Positions 1 to 9,070 of a stretch of 64,000 bases of DNA are shown here, one piece after another. The translations under genes and the position numbers were made by a program. Position 1 is the stretch's first letter; each line of letters starts with the position of its first letter. Below the pieces are notes generated by a model that had not been told where the DNA came from, did no database searches, and saw only the letters and a list, made by a program, of their open reading frames with translations. The stretch lies in NCBI RefSeq assembly GCF_049337375.1, contig NZ_JBMPIV010000001.1, one strand, 5' to 3'. Origin of the DNA: Nannocystis pusilla. GTDB taxonomy: Bacteria; Myxococcota_A; Polyangia; Nannocystales; Nannocystaceae.

Positions 1-69
1 CTGAACCCCGACGAGGCCAAGCCGGTCGAGCCCACCAAGCCCGACCCGGCCGACAGCGGCGGGATCTGA
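1..69 (+). CDS. 3' end of an upstream gene (partial, C-terminal 22 codons, Pro/Asp-rich tail) ending at TGA 67-69
   Basis: Open frame 1 from the window edge to the stop (…PVEPTKPDPADSGGI*). It lies immediately upstream of the PAAR gene. Confidence 0.35.
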   Translation: MNPDEAKPVEPTKPDPADSGGI

Positions 70-84
70 CCCGAAGGACACGTC

Positions 85-711
85 ATGCCGCCCGCAGCCC
101 GCATCACTGACATGCACGTGTGCCCGGTGCCGACCCACGTCGGCGGCCCGGTGGTCGTCGGCGAGACCTCGGTGCTCATCGGCATGATGCCGGCCGCGCG
201 CGAGGGCGACAAGCTCGTGTGCGCGACCGGCCCCGACAGCGTCGCTCGCGGCGAGCCGTCGGTCATCATCGGCAACAAGCCGGCCGCGCGCCTCGGCGAC
301 CCGACCACCCACGGCGGCACGATCGTCGTCGGCTGCCCGACGGTGATCATCGGCTCGTCGGCCCAGGTCGAGGCGCTGCGCACCGACAAGCCGTTCTGCG
401 AGGAGTGCGAGAAGAAGCGCAACACCACGCTGATCCTCGACCACCGCTACCACGACGACGAGCCGGTGCAGGAGGCCGAGTACGAGGTCGAGCTGCGCGA
501 CGGCACGATCCTCAAGGGCAAGCTCGACGCCAACGGCCAGGCCCGCATCGAGGGCGTGCCGCCCGAGCGGGCCCGCGTCCGCTACGGCCCCGACGTGCGC
601 ACGTGGGAGCGCAAGGACCAGACGCCGAACCCGACCTTCAAGGAAGAGTTCTCCGACAGCGACGCCGACGCGCTCGTCGACGCCGTCACCGGCCAGGGAC
701 AGCAGCGATGA
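85..711 (+). CDS. PAAR-domain protein (T6SS spike-tip type) with a C-terminal extension of about 110 aa
   Basis: There are three PAAR-like motifs (PAARITD, MPAAREGD, KPAARLGD) in a Gly/Val-rich beta-rich N-terminus, the classic PAAR repeat architecture. Codon usage is GC3-rich. The stop codon overlaps the next start (ATGA). Confidence 0.85.
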   Translation: MPPAARITDMHVCPVPTHVGGPVVVGETSVLIGMMPAAREGDKLVCATGPDSVARGEPSVIIGNKPAARLGDPTTHGGTIVVGCPTVIIGSSAQVEALRTDKPFCEECEKKRNTTLILDHRYHDDEPVQEAEYEVELRDGTILKGKLDANGQARIEGVPPERARVRYGPDVRTWERKDQTPNPTFKEEFSDSDADALVDAVTGQGQQR

Positions 712-2111
712 GCGGCGGCGAGTACATGCGCGCCATCACCGACGTCGGTGAGTGGATCTGGGGCCTCGTCCGCGGCGGGTTCAACGAGCAGCAGTCGATC
801 AGCCAGATCATCGTCGACGCCATCATCGGCATGATCCCCGTGGTCGGCGACGTCACCGCGGTGCGCGACCTGCTGGCGGTGGTCATCCGCCTCGCCGACC
901 ACCCCGAGCGGCGCCAGGAGACCATGCAGTGGGTCGAGCTGGCGATCTGCCTGTTCGCGCTGATCCCGGTGGCGGGCGGCGCGATCAAGGGCGTCGGCCG
1001 GCTGCTCGCGCGGGTCGGTCGCAACGCCGCCGATGCGGCGCCGGTGCTGCGCGAGGCGATCGAGCTGCTCAACCGGCTCGGCAACGGCAACGCGGTCCGC
1101 TTCATCCGCGAGCTCGACCTGTCGCGCTACACCGCCGAGCTGCAGCGCCACTTCCGTCAGCTGGTCGGGCGCGTCACCACCACGGTCGACGCGATCCTGC
1201 GCCGCGGCCGGTGGGTGCTGCCCAGCAGCATGATGGATCGCCTGCGCCAGCTGCGAGCGGCGATGCAGGAGCTGCTGGCGCTCGGCGACCGCATGATCCC
1301 GCAGGCGGTGCGCGACCTGAACGGGTGGCTGCACACGGTCCAGCGCCACATCTACGCCGGGTCGTACCACGAGATCCCGTCGAGCCTGCGCGCCGAGACG
1401 CGGGAGCTCGAGCGCGGCCTGTTGCGCGAGCGCCGGCTGCCGAGTCAGGCCGATCTGCCGTTCCCGCCGTCGACGATCGCCAACTACCGCCACCGCGTGC
1501 CGTGGCCCGACCTGCGCCAGGGCGGCTTCCACAACCCGTCGCACAACCCGTACCGCAACATCCGCACCTTCAGCGGCAACCTGCAGGCGGTCGCGCTGCG
1601 GCACCCGCGGAAGATCTACCGCGTGGTCGAGAACGCCGACGGCCGCGCCGGCGCCTTCTGGTCGCTCGAGAAGCCGGCGAGCGGCCGCGCGTGGCGCGAG
1701 GACTACGCGGTGCTCGAGTCGTGGAACAGCGACGGCCACTACATCGAGTTCGAGATCCCGCCGAACATGACGCTGTACGTGTGGCAGGGCAAGGTGGCCA
1801 GCCAGGTCGAGACCGACGCGGCGAAGGCGACCTACGGGCAGGTGCTGAACGGCGGCGCGCAGCAGCTGCTGATCGACCTGCGCCACCCGAGCAACGCGTG
1901 GGCGATGAGCCACGTCGAGGCGCTGCCGCTGCACCCGACCGGCTGGCGCGATCACATGGGCGTGAACGTGCCGAACGAGCAGACCCGTGCCATCCTGCTC
2001 GGGCACGCCGAGCGCGCCGAGCGGGTCGGCGAATTCACGGCGGTCACGCGCGTCACGGGCGCGGCGGTCCGCGGCTCGCAGGCCGAGGAGAGGCGGCAGA
2101 GGCAGCAGTGA
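708..2111 (+). CDS. Putative secreted effector/toxin (467 aa) with two N-terminal hydrophobic helices and an uncharacterised C-terminal domain
   Basis: It starts at the ATG of ATGA overlapping the PAAR stop and is in-frame with the tail of ORF 120..2111. The N-terminus (WIWGLV…IIVDAIIGMIPVVGDVTAV…LAICLFALIPVAGGAI) looks like a TM/pre-toxin region. The remainder has protein-like composition and no obvious family. Confidence 0.7.
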   Translation: MSGGEYMRAITDVGEWIWGLVRGGFNEQQSISQIIVDAIIGMIPVVGDVTAVRDLLAVVIRLADHPERRQETMQWVELAICLFALIPVAGGAIKGVGRLLARVGRNAADAAPVLREAIELLNRLGNGNAVRFIRELDLSRYTAELQRHFRQLVGRVTTTVDAILRRGRWVLPSSMMDRLRQLRAAMQELLALGDRMIPQAVRDLNGWLHTVQRHIYAGSYHEIPSSLRAETRELERGLLRERRLPSQADLPFPPSTIANYRHRVPWPDLRQGGFHNPSHNPYRNIRTFSGNLQAVALRHPRKIYRVVENADGRAGAFWSLEKPASGRAWREDYAVLESWNSDGHYIEFEIPPNMTLYVWQGKVASQVETDAAKATYGQVLNGGAQQLLIDLRHPSNAWAMSHVEALPLHPTGWRDHMGVNVPNEQTRAILLGHAERAERVGEFTAVTRVTGAAVRGSQAEERRQRQQ

Positions 2112-2992
2112 CGGAGCTCCAGACCATCGTCCGGCCGTTCTCGCCGGCCGAGCTCGCTATCGACGCCACCACCCTCGCGCAGGTGTTCTATCGCCTGCGC
2201 CGATACTCGTCGCTGACCTACGTCAAGCGCTGCACGCTGCTCGTGCAGAAGTTCAGCGCCGGCTTCGACGCGTGGGCCCGCAAGTCGGGGCCCGATCACA
2301 CCCAATTCGCCCGCAAGGCGCTGCAGACGGTGTATCCGCCGCTGGCGGCGCTCGAGCAGGTGCCGGGCCTTTTGCTCGGCAACCAGAAGACGCGGGCCTA
2401 CGACGCGCTGATCCAGGCCGGCTTCCTCGCCGAGCTGCTCGGCCACCGCTTCGACGGCGGCATGCGCTGGGAGAAGTTCGGCTACAACTACGGCGAGCGG
2501 CCGAGCGTGGGCCTGTTCGCGTGGGCCGAGAAGGCGGTGGTGATGGCGGCGCAGATGCAGCGCACCGCCGAGGCCAGGTGGTCGCACACCCTCATGGCCC
2601 TGCAGCGCCCGGCGCCGCCGCACGCCCACCTCCAGCCGATGCCGCCGGCCGACGGCGTCGTCGTCGACCCGGACGAGGTCGTGCCGGTCACCGGGGTGTG
2701 GGTGCCGCTCGACGTGCCGAACGGCTGCCCGAACTACCTGGTCGAGGGCGTGCCGGCGCCGAAGCTGACGGTCGAGACCCAGCGCGTCGACTCCGAGGGC
2801 TACCCCGGCGACCCCGAGAACCCGCCGATCGCCGCGCGCACCGACTACGTCTACGGCGAGGTGCCGACCCGCTGGCAGCTGGCGTGGGACGACATCCGCT
2901 ACCGCGCCGGCGTCGAGATCGACGAGCCCGAGTTCCTCGACGAGGAGACCGAACTCCCGGCCTGGCCGCCGGCCCATCCGCCTTCGCCATGA
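2108..2992 (+). CDS. Hypothetical protein (294 aa), a candidate cognate immunity protein
   Basis: Its GTG start overlaps the stop of the previous gene (GTGA). Composition is balanced and non-repetitive and there is no signal peptide. The position immediately downstream of the putative toxin supports the call. Confidence 0.6.
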   Translation: MTELQTIVRPFSPAELAIDATTLAQVFYRLRRYSSLTYVKRCTLLVQKFSAGFDAWARKSGPDHTQFARKALQTVYPPLAALEQVPGLLLGNQKTRAYDALIQAGFLAELLGHRFDGGMRWEKFGYNYGERPSVGLFAWAEKAVVMAAQMQRTAEARWSHTLMALQRPAPPHAHLQPMPPADGVVVDPDEVVPVTGVWVPLDVPNGCPNYLVEGVPAPKLTVETQRVDSEGYPGDPENPPIAARTDYVYGEVPTRWQLAWDDIRYRAGVEIDEPEFLDEETELPAWPPAHPPSP

Positions 2993-3888
2993 GCGCGAGC
3001 CCTGCCACGAGCCCCCCACCCGACGGACCGCCCAGCCTCGAGGGACCCGCGCCGCGACTGGTCGTCGAGGTGCTGTGGGGGCCGGAGCAGGGCAAGAAGG
3101 CGGTGATCGCCGCGGGCGGGGCGATCACGGTCGGGTCGGGCGCGGCGGCCGGCCTGTGCCTGGCCCACGACGAGGCGCTGGCGCCGATCCACCTGCAGAT
3201 CGAGTGGGACGGGCGGGTCGCCGCGGTGCAGGCGCTGGTGAACGAACGGACATGTCTCGACGGACAGCCGATGCGCGAGGGCAGGAGCGGCCACGGCGGC
3301 TGGGTGCGCGCCGGCGCGTCCGACCTGGCGCTGGCGATCGAGCGCCACACGCGGCCCGATCCGCCGCCGACGCCGGAGAGGGTGGCCGCGGCCGCGCCGG
3401 CGATCGCGGCCTTGCGAGCGCTGCCCGGCCGGCTGTTCGCGGTCGCCGACGCGTCGCGCGACGAGCGGGTGCGCGTGCTCCTGCGCGAGTCGCCGGCCCG
3501 CTACCGCTCGCTGTTCGACGGCTGGCAGGGCGACGCGATCGCCGAGTCTGCGCCGTACCTGGTCGAGCTCGGGCCGCCGCACCCGGAGCTGCTCGACGAT
3601 CTGGTGGTCGAGGGCTGGCACACCGACGACGCCCGACGCGACGGCGACGGCGGCTGGGCGATCTTCCTGTCGGTGCCCGACGGCCGCGAGTTCGAGGCGG
3701 TGCGCCGCCACCTGCGCAAGTTCCTCATGGTCGAGCTCGATCGCGAGAAGGTCTACTTCCGCTTCTACGACCCGCGGGTGCTGCGGGCGTTCGTGCCGAC
3801 CTGCACCGCCGCCGAGCGGCGCGAGTTCCTCGGCGACATGGGGTGGCACATCACCTGTCCCGAAGGACTGCTGAGCTTCCGCGCCTGA
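2989..3888 (+). CDS. FHA-like N-terminal domain fused to a DUF4123-like (T6SS effector adaptor/chaperone-type) C-terminal domain
   Basis: Its ATG overlaps the previous stop (ATGA). The N-terminus (ITVGSG…LCLAHDEALAPIHLQIEWDG…LVNERTCLDGQPM) follows the FHA pattern. The C-terminus has LFAVADASRDE … GW … FYDPRVLRAF motifs that are reminiscent of DUF4123. Confidence 0.6.
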   Translation: MSASPATSPPPDGPPSLEGPAPRLVVEVLWGPEQGKKAVIAAGGAITVGSGAAAGLCLAHDEALAPIHLQIEWDGRVAAVQALVNERTCLDGQPMREGRSGHGGWVRAGASDLALAIERHTRPDPPPTPERVAAAAPAIAALRALPGRLFAVADASRDERVRVLLRESPARYRSLFDGWQGDAIAESAPYLVELGPPHPELLDDLVVEGWHTDDARRDGDGGWAIFLSVPDGREFEAVRRHLRKFLMVELDREKVYFRFYDPRVLRAFVPTCTAAERREFLGDMGWHITCPEGLLSFRA

Positions 3889-3960
3889 GCGGCCCGCGCG
3901 AGGCAGTCCTGGGGAGCTGCTGAGCTTCCGCGCCCGAGCGGCGCGCTCGGCAGTCCCGCG
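3841..3960 (+). repeat. Direct duplication of about 25 bp (CTGCTGAGCTTCCGCGCCNGAGCGGC) spanning the stop codon of the preceding gene
   Basis: Two adjacent copies are visible in the sequence. The first contains the last codons (…LLSFRA*) of the 2989..3888 gene. Confidence 0.6.
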
Positions 3961-4365
3961 GCTGAGCGGCGCGCGAAGTTTCGGTCCACGCGCGGAGGAC
4001 GACCGCATCCGCCGGGTCGGGCCCACTTTCGTGGCCCGCGAGGGCCCGGCCCGCGGACGCCGGACTCGACCGGTCGGCGGCGCAACTTCACGCCGCGGGG
4101 CTTCCGACTCGCGGGTCCGCCGTCCGACTGCGTGCGAGCGTGACCCGCCGCGCACCTGCCGGAGTGACGCGCGGCCGGGCCCCGGCGGCCGCGTTTGCGC
4201 CGGGCCGAGCCACCCGGCCGGAGGCCCCGGGCTGCGCTCGCGCGACCCGGCGCTACGCTTGCCGCTGCGTGCCCGACCCGCGGCCGACAGCCGAGCGCGT
4301 GTTCTCCTCCCGCCGGAGCCCCCCTTCGCGGGCCGGGCGCGGCCCCGCGGCGCTCGCACCGACGT

Positions 4366-4665
4366 GGCGCTCGGGACAGGTCGAGGGACGAAGCGGGCCG
4401 GCGGAGCGCGGGCCGACGCGGGCCTGTGCGAAGGGACAGGTCGAGGGACGAAGCGGGCCGGCGGAGCGCGGGCCGGGGCGGGCCTGTGCGAAGGGGCAGG
4501 TCGAGGGACGAAGCGGGCCGGCGGAGCGCGGGCCGGGGCGGGCGACGCGGGCCTGTGCGAAGGGACAGGTCGAGGGATGAAGCGGGCCGGCGCGGCGCGG
4601 GCCGGGGCAGGTGGGGCGGGCCTGTGCGAAGGGACAGGTCGAGGAGGCCGACGCAACCGCGACAG
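4366..4665. repeat. Tandem repeat with a 62-69-bp unit, about 4.5 copies (GGGACAGGTCGAGGGACGAAGCGGGCCGGCGGAGCGCGGGCCG…GGCCTGTGCGAA)
   Basis: Near-identical units start at about 4366, 4432, 4494, 4561 and 4630. They lie in a non-coding spacer of roughly 0.9 kb between the DUF4123-like gene and the histidine kinase. Confidence 0.8.
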
Positions 4666-4791
4666 GAGTGATCTGTCCGGAGAGACATCTGTTCGCCGGC
4701 CGGTCCGCGGGCCCACGCCCGACTCGGCGAGCGACATGACCGATCGGACAGGCCTTCATCCGACCGCGGTCGCGCGGGAGGAGGCCGGGCC

Positions 4792-5772
4792 ATGAAGCTG
4801 CGGACGCGGGTGGCGGCGGCGCTGTTCGTGGTCGCGGCGCCGGTCCTGATCGGCGTGAGCGCGCTGCCGGAGCCGCTGCTCGGACGCACCGGCGCGCTGG
4901 CGCTCGGCTTCGGCCTCGGGCTCTCGGCGGCGCTCGCGGTCGCCTGGCCGCTGCTCGGACGGATCCGCCAGCTCGCCGCGGCCGCCCGCGACGCCGCCGA
5001 GAGCGGCCATCGCCGCGAGATCGAGGTCGGCGGCGACGACGAGGTGGCCGAGCTGGCCCACAGCTTCAACGCGGCCGGCCGGGCCGTGCGCGACCATCTG
5101 GCCCGCGGCGAGCGGCGCAACGCGGCCCTGCGCGACGTCGTCGTCGACGCCACCCACGACGTCATGCTGCCGCTGACGGCCCTGCACGGCCACCTCGGCG
5201 ACCTCGGCCCGGGCGCGGCGATCGCCGAGGTCCACCACATCGCCGGGCTGCTGCGCAACCTCGCGGCCGCGGCCGCGCTGGCGACCGAGGTCGCGCCGGC
5301 GCGGGCGGCGATCGACCTCAACGCGGTCCTGCTGCGCGTGGTGGTCCGCGCGACCGCGCCGGCGCGCAAGGCGGGGGTCGAGCTGGTGTCGGCGGTGCCC
5401 GAGGCGACGGTGTGGATCGACGGCGACGCCTTGCTCGTCGAGCAGGCGATCGTCAACGTGATCGACAACGCGGTCGCCTACAACTACCGCGGCGGCCACG
5501 TGGCCGCGGTGCTGGTCCGCCGCGGCCACGACGGCTTCGCCCTGCGCGTCGAGGACGACGGCCCCGGGGTGAGGCCCGACGAGCTGCCGCGCCTGACCGA
5601 ACGCTACTTCCGCGGCGCCCACGGCCAGCAGGTCCGACCCGGCGGGCGCGGGCTCGGCCTCCACGTCGTCGCCCGCGTGGCCGAGGCCCACGGCTTCTCG
5701 CTCGAGCTGGCCCGCGGCCCCTACGGCGGGCTGTGCGTCGAGCTGCGCGGCCGCCGGCGCGCGACCCGGTGA
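4792..5772 (+). CDS. Sensor histidine kinase (TM, HAMP-like, HisKA, HATPase_c)
   Basis: There is an N-terminal TM segment and an H-box region (HDVMLPLTALHGHL). The N, G1 and G2 boxes are present (DNAVAYN, EDDGPGV, GLGL). No response regulator is adjacent. Confidence 0.85.
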   Translation: MKLRTRVAAALFVVAAPVLIGVSALPEPLLGRTGALALGFGLGLSAALAVAWPLLGRIRQLAAAARDAAESGHRREIEVGGDDEVAELAHSFNAAGRAVRDHLARGERRNAALRDVVVDATHDVMLPLTALHGHLGDLGPGAAIAEVHHIAGLLRNLAAAAALATEVAPARAAIDLNAVLLRVVVRATAPARKAGVELVSAVPEATVWIDGDALLVEQAIVNVIDNAVAYNYRGGHVAAVLVRRGHDGFALRVEDDGPGVRPDELPRLTERYFRGAHGQQVRPGGRGLGLHVVARVAEAHGFSLELARGPYGGLCVELRGRRRATR

Positions 5773-5856
5773 GCGGGAGGACATGTCCGCGGCGGCATGT
5801 TCGGAAGGGCATGTCTGCATGGGCATGTCCGGAAAGACATGCCCCTGCAGCCAGCC

Positions 5857-6594
5857 TCAGCGGTTGTCGAGCGCGGTCCGGCGGAAGGACGCGCACCCGC
5901 CGGCCGACGGGGCGCCCGGCGTGGCGAAGCACGGGATGCCCGCGTCCGGCCCGTCGACGAGGACGTTGCAGCGCCAGCTCCAGCCGTCGCCGACGGCGAC
6001 GTCGTCGGGGAAGTTCGAGACGAGCCGGAACGTCGCGCGCTGGGCCGGCGGCAAGGTCGTGACCTCGCGCTCGTCGCGGTCCTCGGGGTCGAGGATGACG
6101 TTGCCGCCCGCGGGCGCGAAGCCGACGAGGCTGACGTCGTGGAGCGCCAGCGGCACCTCGCAGCCGTTGTGCAGCTCCACGACGGCCCGCGGCGGGGCGC
6201 CGCGGATCGCCCGCAGCTCGACGCCGAGGCAGTTCACGACCCGGTGGCGCTCCTCCTCCGCGAACTGGCGCTCCACCTCGCCCCGCCGCGCCTCGGCGGC
6301 GCGGTCGTCGAGCACGACCGCGACGATGTAGCCGCCCGCCAGCAGCACGTGCATGACGACGGGCCCCCAGGTGCGCCGGCCGACCCACAGCATGAAGAAG
6401 GTCGTCAACAGCGCGTAGGCGACGAGGATCTCGAGCGTGAAGACGGCGGCGAGGCCGAGGAGAACGGATTCACCGCGCGGCAGGCCGAGCAGGACCTCGC
6501 CGAACACGTAGAGGTAGAGGATGACCAGCGCCACGAGGGCCAGGCCGTGGAGCTGCCAGGCGCGACGCGTGTCGCGGCGGTCGGGCGCGGTCAC
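5857..6594 (-). CDS. Membrane-anchored hypothetical protein (2-3 TM helices plus a soluble domain)
   Basis: Hydrophobic helices (LALVALVILYLYVF, LLGLAAVFTLEILVAYALL) are followed by a domain of normal composition. The GTG start overlaps the stop of the upstream lipoprotein gene (GTGA). Confidence 0.65.
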   Translation of the reverse strand: MTAPDRRDTRRAWQLHGLALVALVILYLYVFGEVLLGLPRGESVLLGLAAVFTLEILVAYALLTTFFMLWVGRRTWGPVVMHVLLAGGYIVAVVLDDRAAEARRGEVERQFAEEERHRVVNCLGVELRAIRGAPPRAVVELHNGCEVPLALHDVSLVGFAPAGGNVILDPEDRDEREVTTLPPAQRATFRLVSNFPDDVAVGDGWSWRCNVLVDGPDAGIPCFATPGAPSAGGCASFRRTALDNR

Positions 6595-7235
6595 TGCGGC
6601 GGCGGGGCGGCCGCCAGCGCGTTGCGGAACTCGGGGGTCTGGGCCAGCTTGACCGAGCCGTCGAGGGTGGCGTCGCCGAAGGCCTGCAGGAAGTTGCTCT
6701 CCTCCTGGCTGCGGCCCCAGCGGCTGCTCTTGCCGGCGATCGGGCCCTGCCACAGCGTCGTGCTGTTGCGGTCGATGAGCCAGCCCTGGGCCATCAGCGC
6801 GGCCTGGTAGGTGTTGCCCTCGACGATCCAGAACTGGTCGAGCTGCAGCTGCAGGGTGTGCGTCGCGGCCTGCGGATCGGCGGTGACCGGGAAGCCGAGC
6901 GCGGCGAGCTCCTTGGCGAACACGTTGCGCACGTACTCGGTCGGGACCTGGCCGCCGGCGGCGTTGTAGACCGGCAGGTCGGGGTTGGCGTCCTCGCTGA
7001 CCCCGAGCAGATGCGGATCGGTCACCTGCCGCTTGTCGACGATCTGGGCGATGAAGATGAGGGTGCCCGGGGGGACCGCCGCGAGCCCCGCGACCTTCGA
7101 CGGGTCGGCCTTCTCGCTCGGCGAATAGACCAGCGGGAAGGAGATGATGTCGGGGGACGAGGCGCAGGCGCCTGCGGTCAGCGCGGCGGAGAGGAGGCCG
7201 CAGGCGAGGAGCGAGGAGCGAGCGCGGTGCTGCAT
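6591..7235 (-). CDS. Lipoprotein, hypothetical
   Basis: It has a signal peptide with a lipobox (LTAGAC) and well-balanced composition. It is in an operon with the gene below. Confidence 0.8.
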   Translation of the reverse strand: MQHRARSSLLACGLLSAALTAGACASSPDIISFPLVYSPSEKADPSKVAGLAAVPPGTLIFIAQIVDKRQVTDPHLLGVSEDANPDLPVYNAAGGQVPTEYVRNVFAKELAALGFPVTADPQAATHTLQLQLDQFWIVEGNTYQAALMAQGWLIDRNSTTLWQGPIAGKSSRWGRSQEESNFLQAFGDATLDGSVKLAQTPEFRNALAAAPPPQ

Positions 7236-7435
7236 GGCGGCGTCACAGTAGCACCCCGCGCCGGGCCCGGCGACGCAGCCCGCCGCAGCCGCAGGCAGTG
7301 CAAACGGTGACGCCGATCACCGCGCGCCGCGGCGGGCGCGCAGGCGAACGCAACTGCGGTTAACAACGTTCAAAAGCCCGCCAGGGGCCGATCGCGGCCG
7401 GCTGCGTGCTGCAGACAAGCAGAGCGTGCAGGGGT

Positions 7436-9070
7436 ATGGTCGCGGTGGTGCTCGTCAACCTCGACGCGATCGACTGGAAGTCCCTGCGCCACGCCTACGG
7501 AGAGGCGAGCGACGTGCCGAAGCTGATCCGCGCGCTCGTCAGCGATCACCCCGGCAAGCGGGAGGGCGCGCTCGACGCGTTGTTCTCGACGATCTGGCAC
7601 CAGGGCACGGTGTACTCGGCGAGCCCCGCCGCGGTGCCGTTCCTGGTCGAGCTGCTCGACGCCGACCAGCAGGAGGATCTGCCGGCGATCCTCGAGCTGC
7701 TGGCGCACCTCGCCACCGGCACGCCCGACGAGGACGCCGAGGCGCCGCCCAACGCCGCCACCGCCGCGCGCGAGGCCGTGTCGCGGGGGATCTCCGTCTA
7801 CGCGCGCCGCCTCGGCCACCCCGAGCCGGCGGTCCGCGTGGCCGCGGCGTACTTGCTCGGGCTGTTCGCGGTCGAGGCGGCCCGCGCCCCGCTCGCCGCG
7901 GCCGTCGAGGACGACTCCGAGCCGGCGGTCCGCGCCGTGGCAGCGTTCGCGCTCGGCTGCATCGCCGACCCGGCCCGCGCCGACGCGCTGCGCGAGCGGC
8001 TGGTCGACATCAGCGAGCACCCCGCGGTGCGCCTCTACGCCGGCCTCGGCCTGTCGCGCGGCGGCGCCCCCGTGGAAGGCCCGCAGTTCGCCGCGCTCGC
8101 CGAGTTGGTCGAGGACGTCGATCTGTTCGGCCAGCTCGACGAGCTCCACGACAACGCCGCGCGCATGAGCTACGGCCCGCTCGCCGACGGCCTCCTGCGC
8201 CTGCCCGCGGCGGCGCGCCTGCGCCTGGCCCCCGCGCTCGGGCGCGCCCTCGAGGCGGTCCGCGGCCGCGACGCGCTCGGCCTGGCCACCGCCCTGCTCG
8301 GGCTCACCTTCGCCGACGCGAGCGTGCCCGCGGGGGCCGGCGCGGAGGTCCTCGGCGAGGTCCAGCGCCAGGCGCTGGCGAGCCTCGTGCGCGCGCCGGC
8401 GGCCTGGCGCTACGCCAACATCGGCACCGCGCTGGCCGACATCGGCCTCGCGCCGGAGCTGACCGAGCGCGCCCCGCTGGCCGAGTGGCTCGGCGTCGAC
8501 GCCGGCGAGCTGGCCGAGGACGACGAGGACGACGACGGCGACGAGGCCGGCGAGGGCGACGAGGACGACGAGGACGCCGGCGTCGACGTCGAGGCGCCCG
8601 AGCCCGACCTCGGCGAGCTCGACCGGATCGGCCGCTTCGTCGCCTGTCTCGACGGCCAGGACTGGCGCGAGGCCCGGCAGTGGTTCGCCTTCTATCAGCA
8701 GATGCGCGGAGTCGCCCGCGTCGAGCCGCCGGCGATCGGCCGCTACTTCGGCGCCCACGCCAACCTCGAGGCCGGCTACTGGCTGTACGACCGCGAGCTG
8801 TCGCGCTCCCTCGGCACCTGCGTCCCGCTCGAGCACATCCGCCTGGCCGTCGGGCGCAAGGACTCCGACGATCAGGTGGCCCTGCGGATCCGCGTCGACG
8901 ACGGCTGCCTCGACGCCGTCCTCGCCGCGATCGTCCGCCACCAGGACCGCGTCACCCCGACCGACTTCACCGCCCTGGCGATCGACCTCATCGGCGCCGC
9001 CCCCGAGGTGTTGCTGGAGACCGGCCGAGCCCAGCGCGCCCGCCTCGGTCGCGCTGCCGGCAGCGCCTGA
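7436..9070 (+). CDS. HEAT/PBS-lyase-repeat protein with an acidic Asp/Glu-rich segment
   Basis: It contains repeated HEAT-like helices (…VRVAAAYLLG…, …VRAVAAFALG…, …VRLYAGLGL…). The start is ambiguous between GTG 7406 and ATG 7436. Confidence 0.75.
   Translation: MVAVVLVNLDAIDWKSLRHAYGEASDVPKLIRALVSDHPGKREGALDALFSTIWHQGTVYSASPAAVPFLVELLDADQQEDLPAILELLAHLATGTPDEDAEAPPNAATAAREAVSRGISVYARRLGHPEPAVRVAAAYLLGLFAVEAARAPLAAAVEDDSEPAVRAVAAFALGCIADPARADALRERLVDISEHPAVRLYAGLGLSRGGAPVEGPQFAALAELVEDVDLFGQLDELHDNAARMSYGPLADGLLRLPAAARLRLAPALGRALEAVRGRDALGLATALLGLTFADASVPAGAGAEVLGEVQRQALASLVRAPAAWRYANIGTALADIGLAPELTERAPLAEWLGVDAGELAEDDEDDDGDEAGEGDEDDEDAGVDVEAPEPDLGELDRIGRFVACLDGQDWREARQWFAFYQQMRGVARVEPPAIGRYFGAHANLEAGYWLYDRELSRSLGTCVPLEHIRLAVGRKDSDDQVALRIRVDDGCLDAVLAAIVRHQDRVTPTDFTALAIDLIGAAPEVLLETGRAQRARLGRAAGSA

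Noticed and set aside
582-2006. 474-aa minus-strand ORF
   Set aside because: It is antisense to the 708..2111 gene and its composition is Arg/Ala/Val-rich and low-complexity, a typical high-GC antisense artefact.
120-2111. 663-aa ORF beginning at 120
   Set aside because: The first roughly 195 codons are Arg/Pro-rich and overlap the PAAR gene in another frame. Only the portion from ATG 708, which overlaps the PAAR stop, is protein-like.
2899-5468. Long minus-strand ORFs (2899..4737, 3765..5468) full of PRPAPS/RRPASS repeats
   Set aside because: They are translations of the tandem-repeat spacer and are antisense to the histidine kinase. The repeats create apparent periodic peptides. There is no plausible start context.
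5783-6331. Small ORFs reading …TCP..GHV… (for example MSAAACSEGHVCMGMSGKTCPCSQ) across many intergenic regions
   Set aside because: They are generated by translation of the GGACATGTCC palindrome arrays (ACATGTCC reads as Met-Ser / Thr-Cys-Pro). They are not independent genes.
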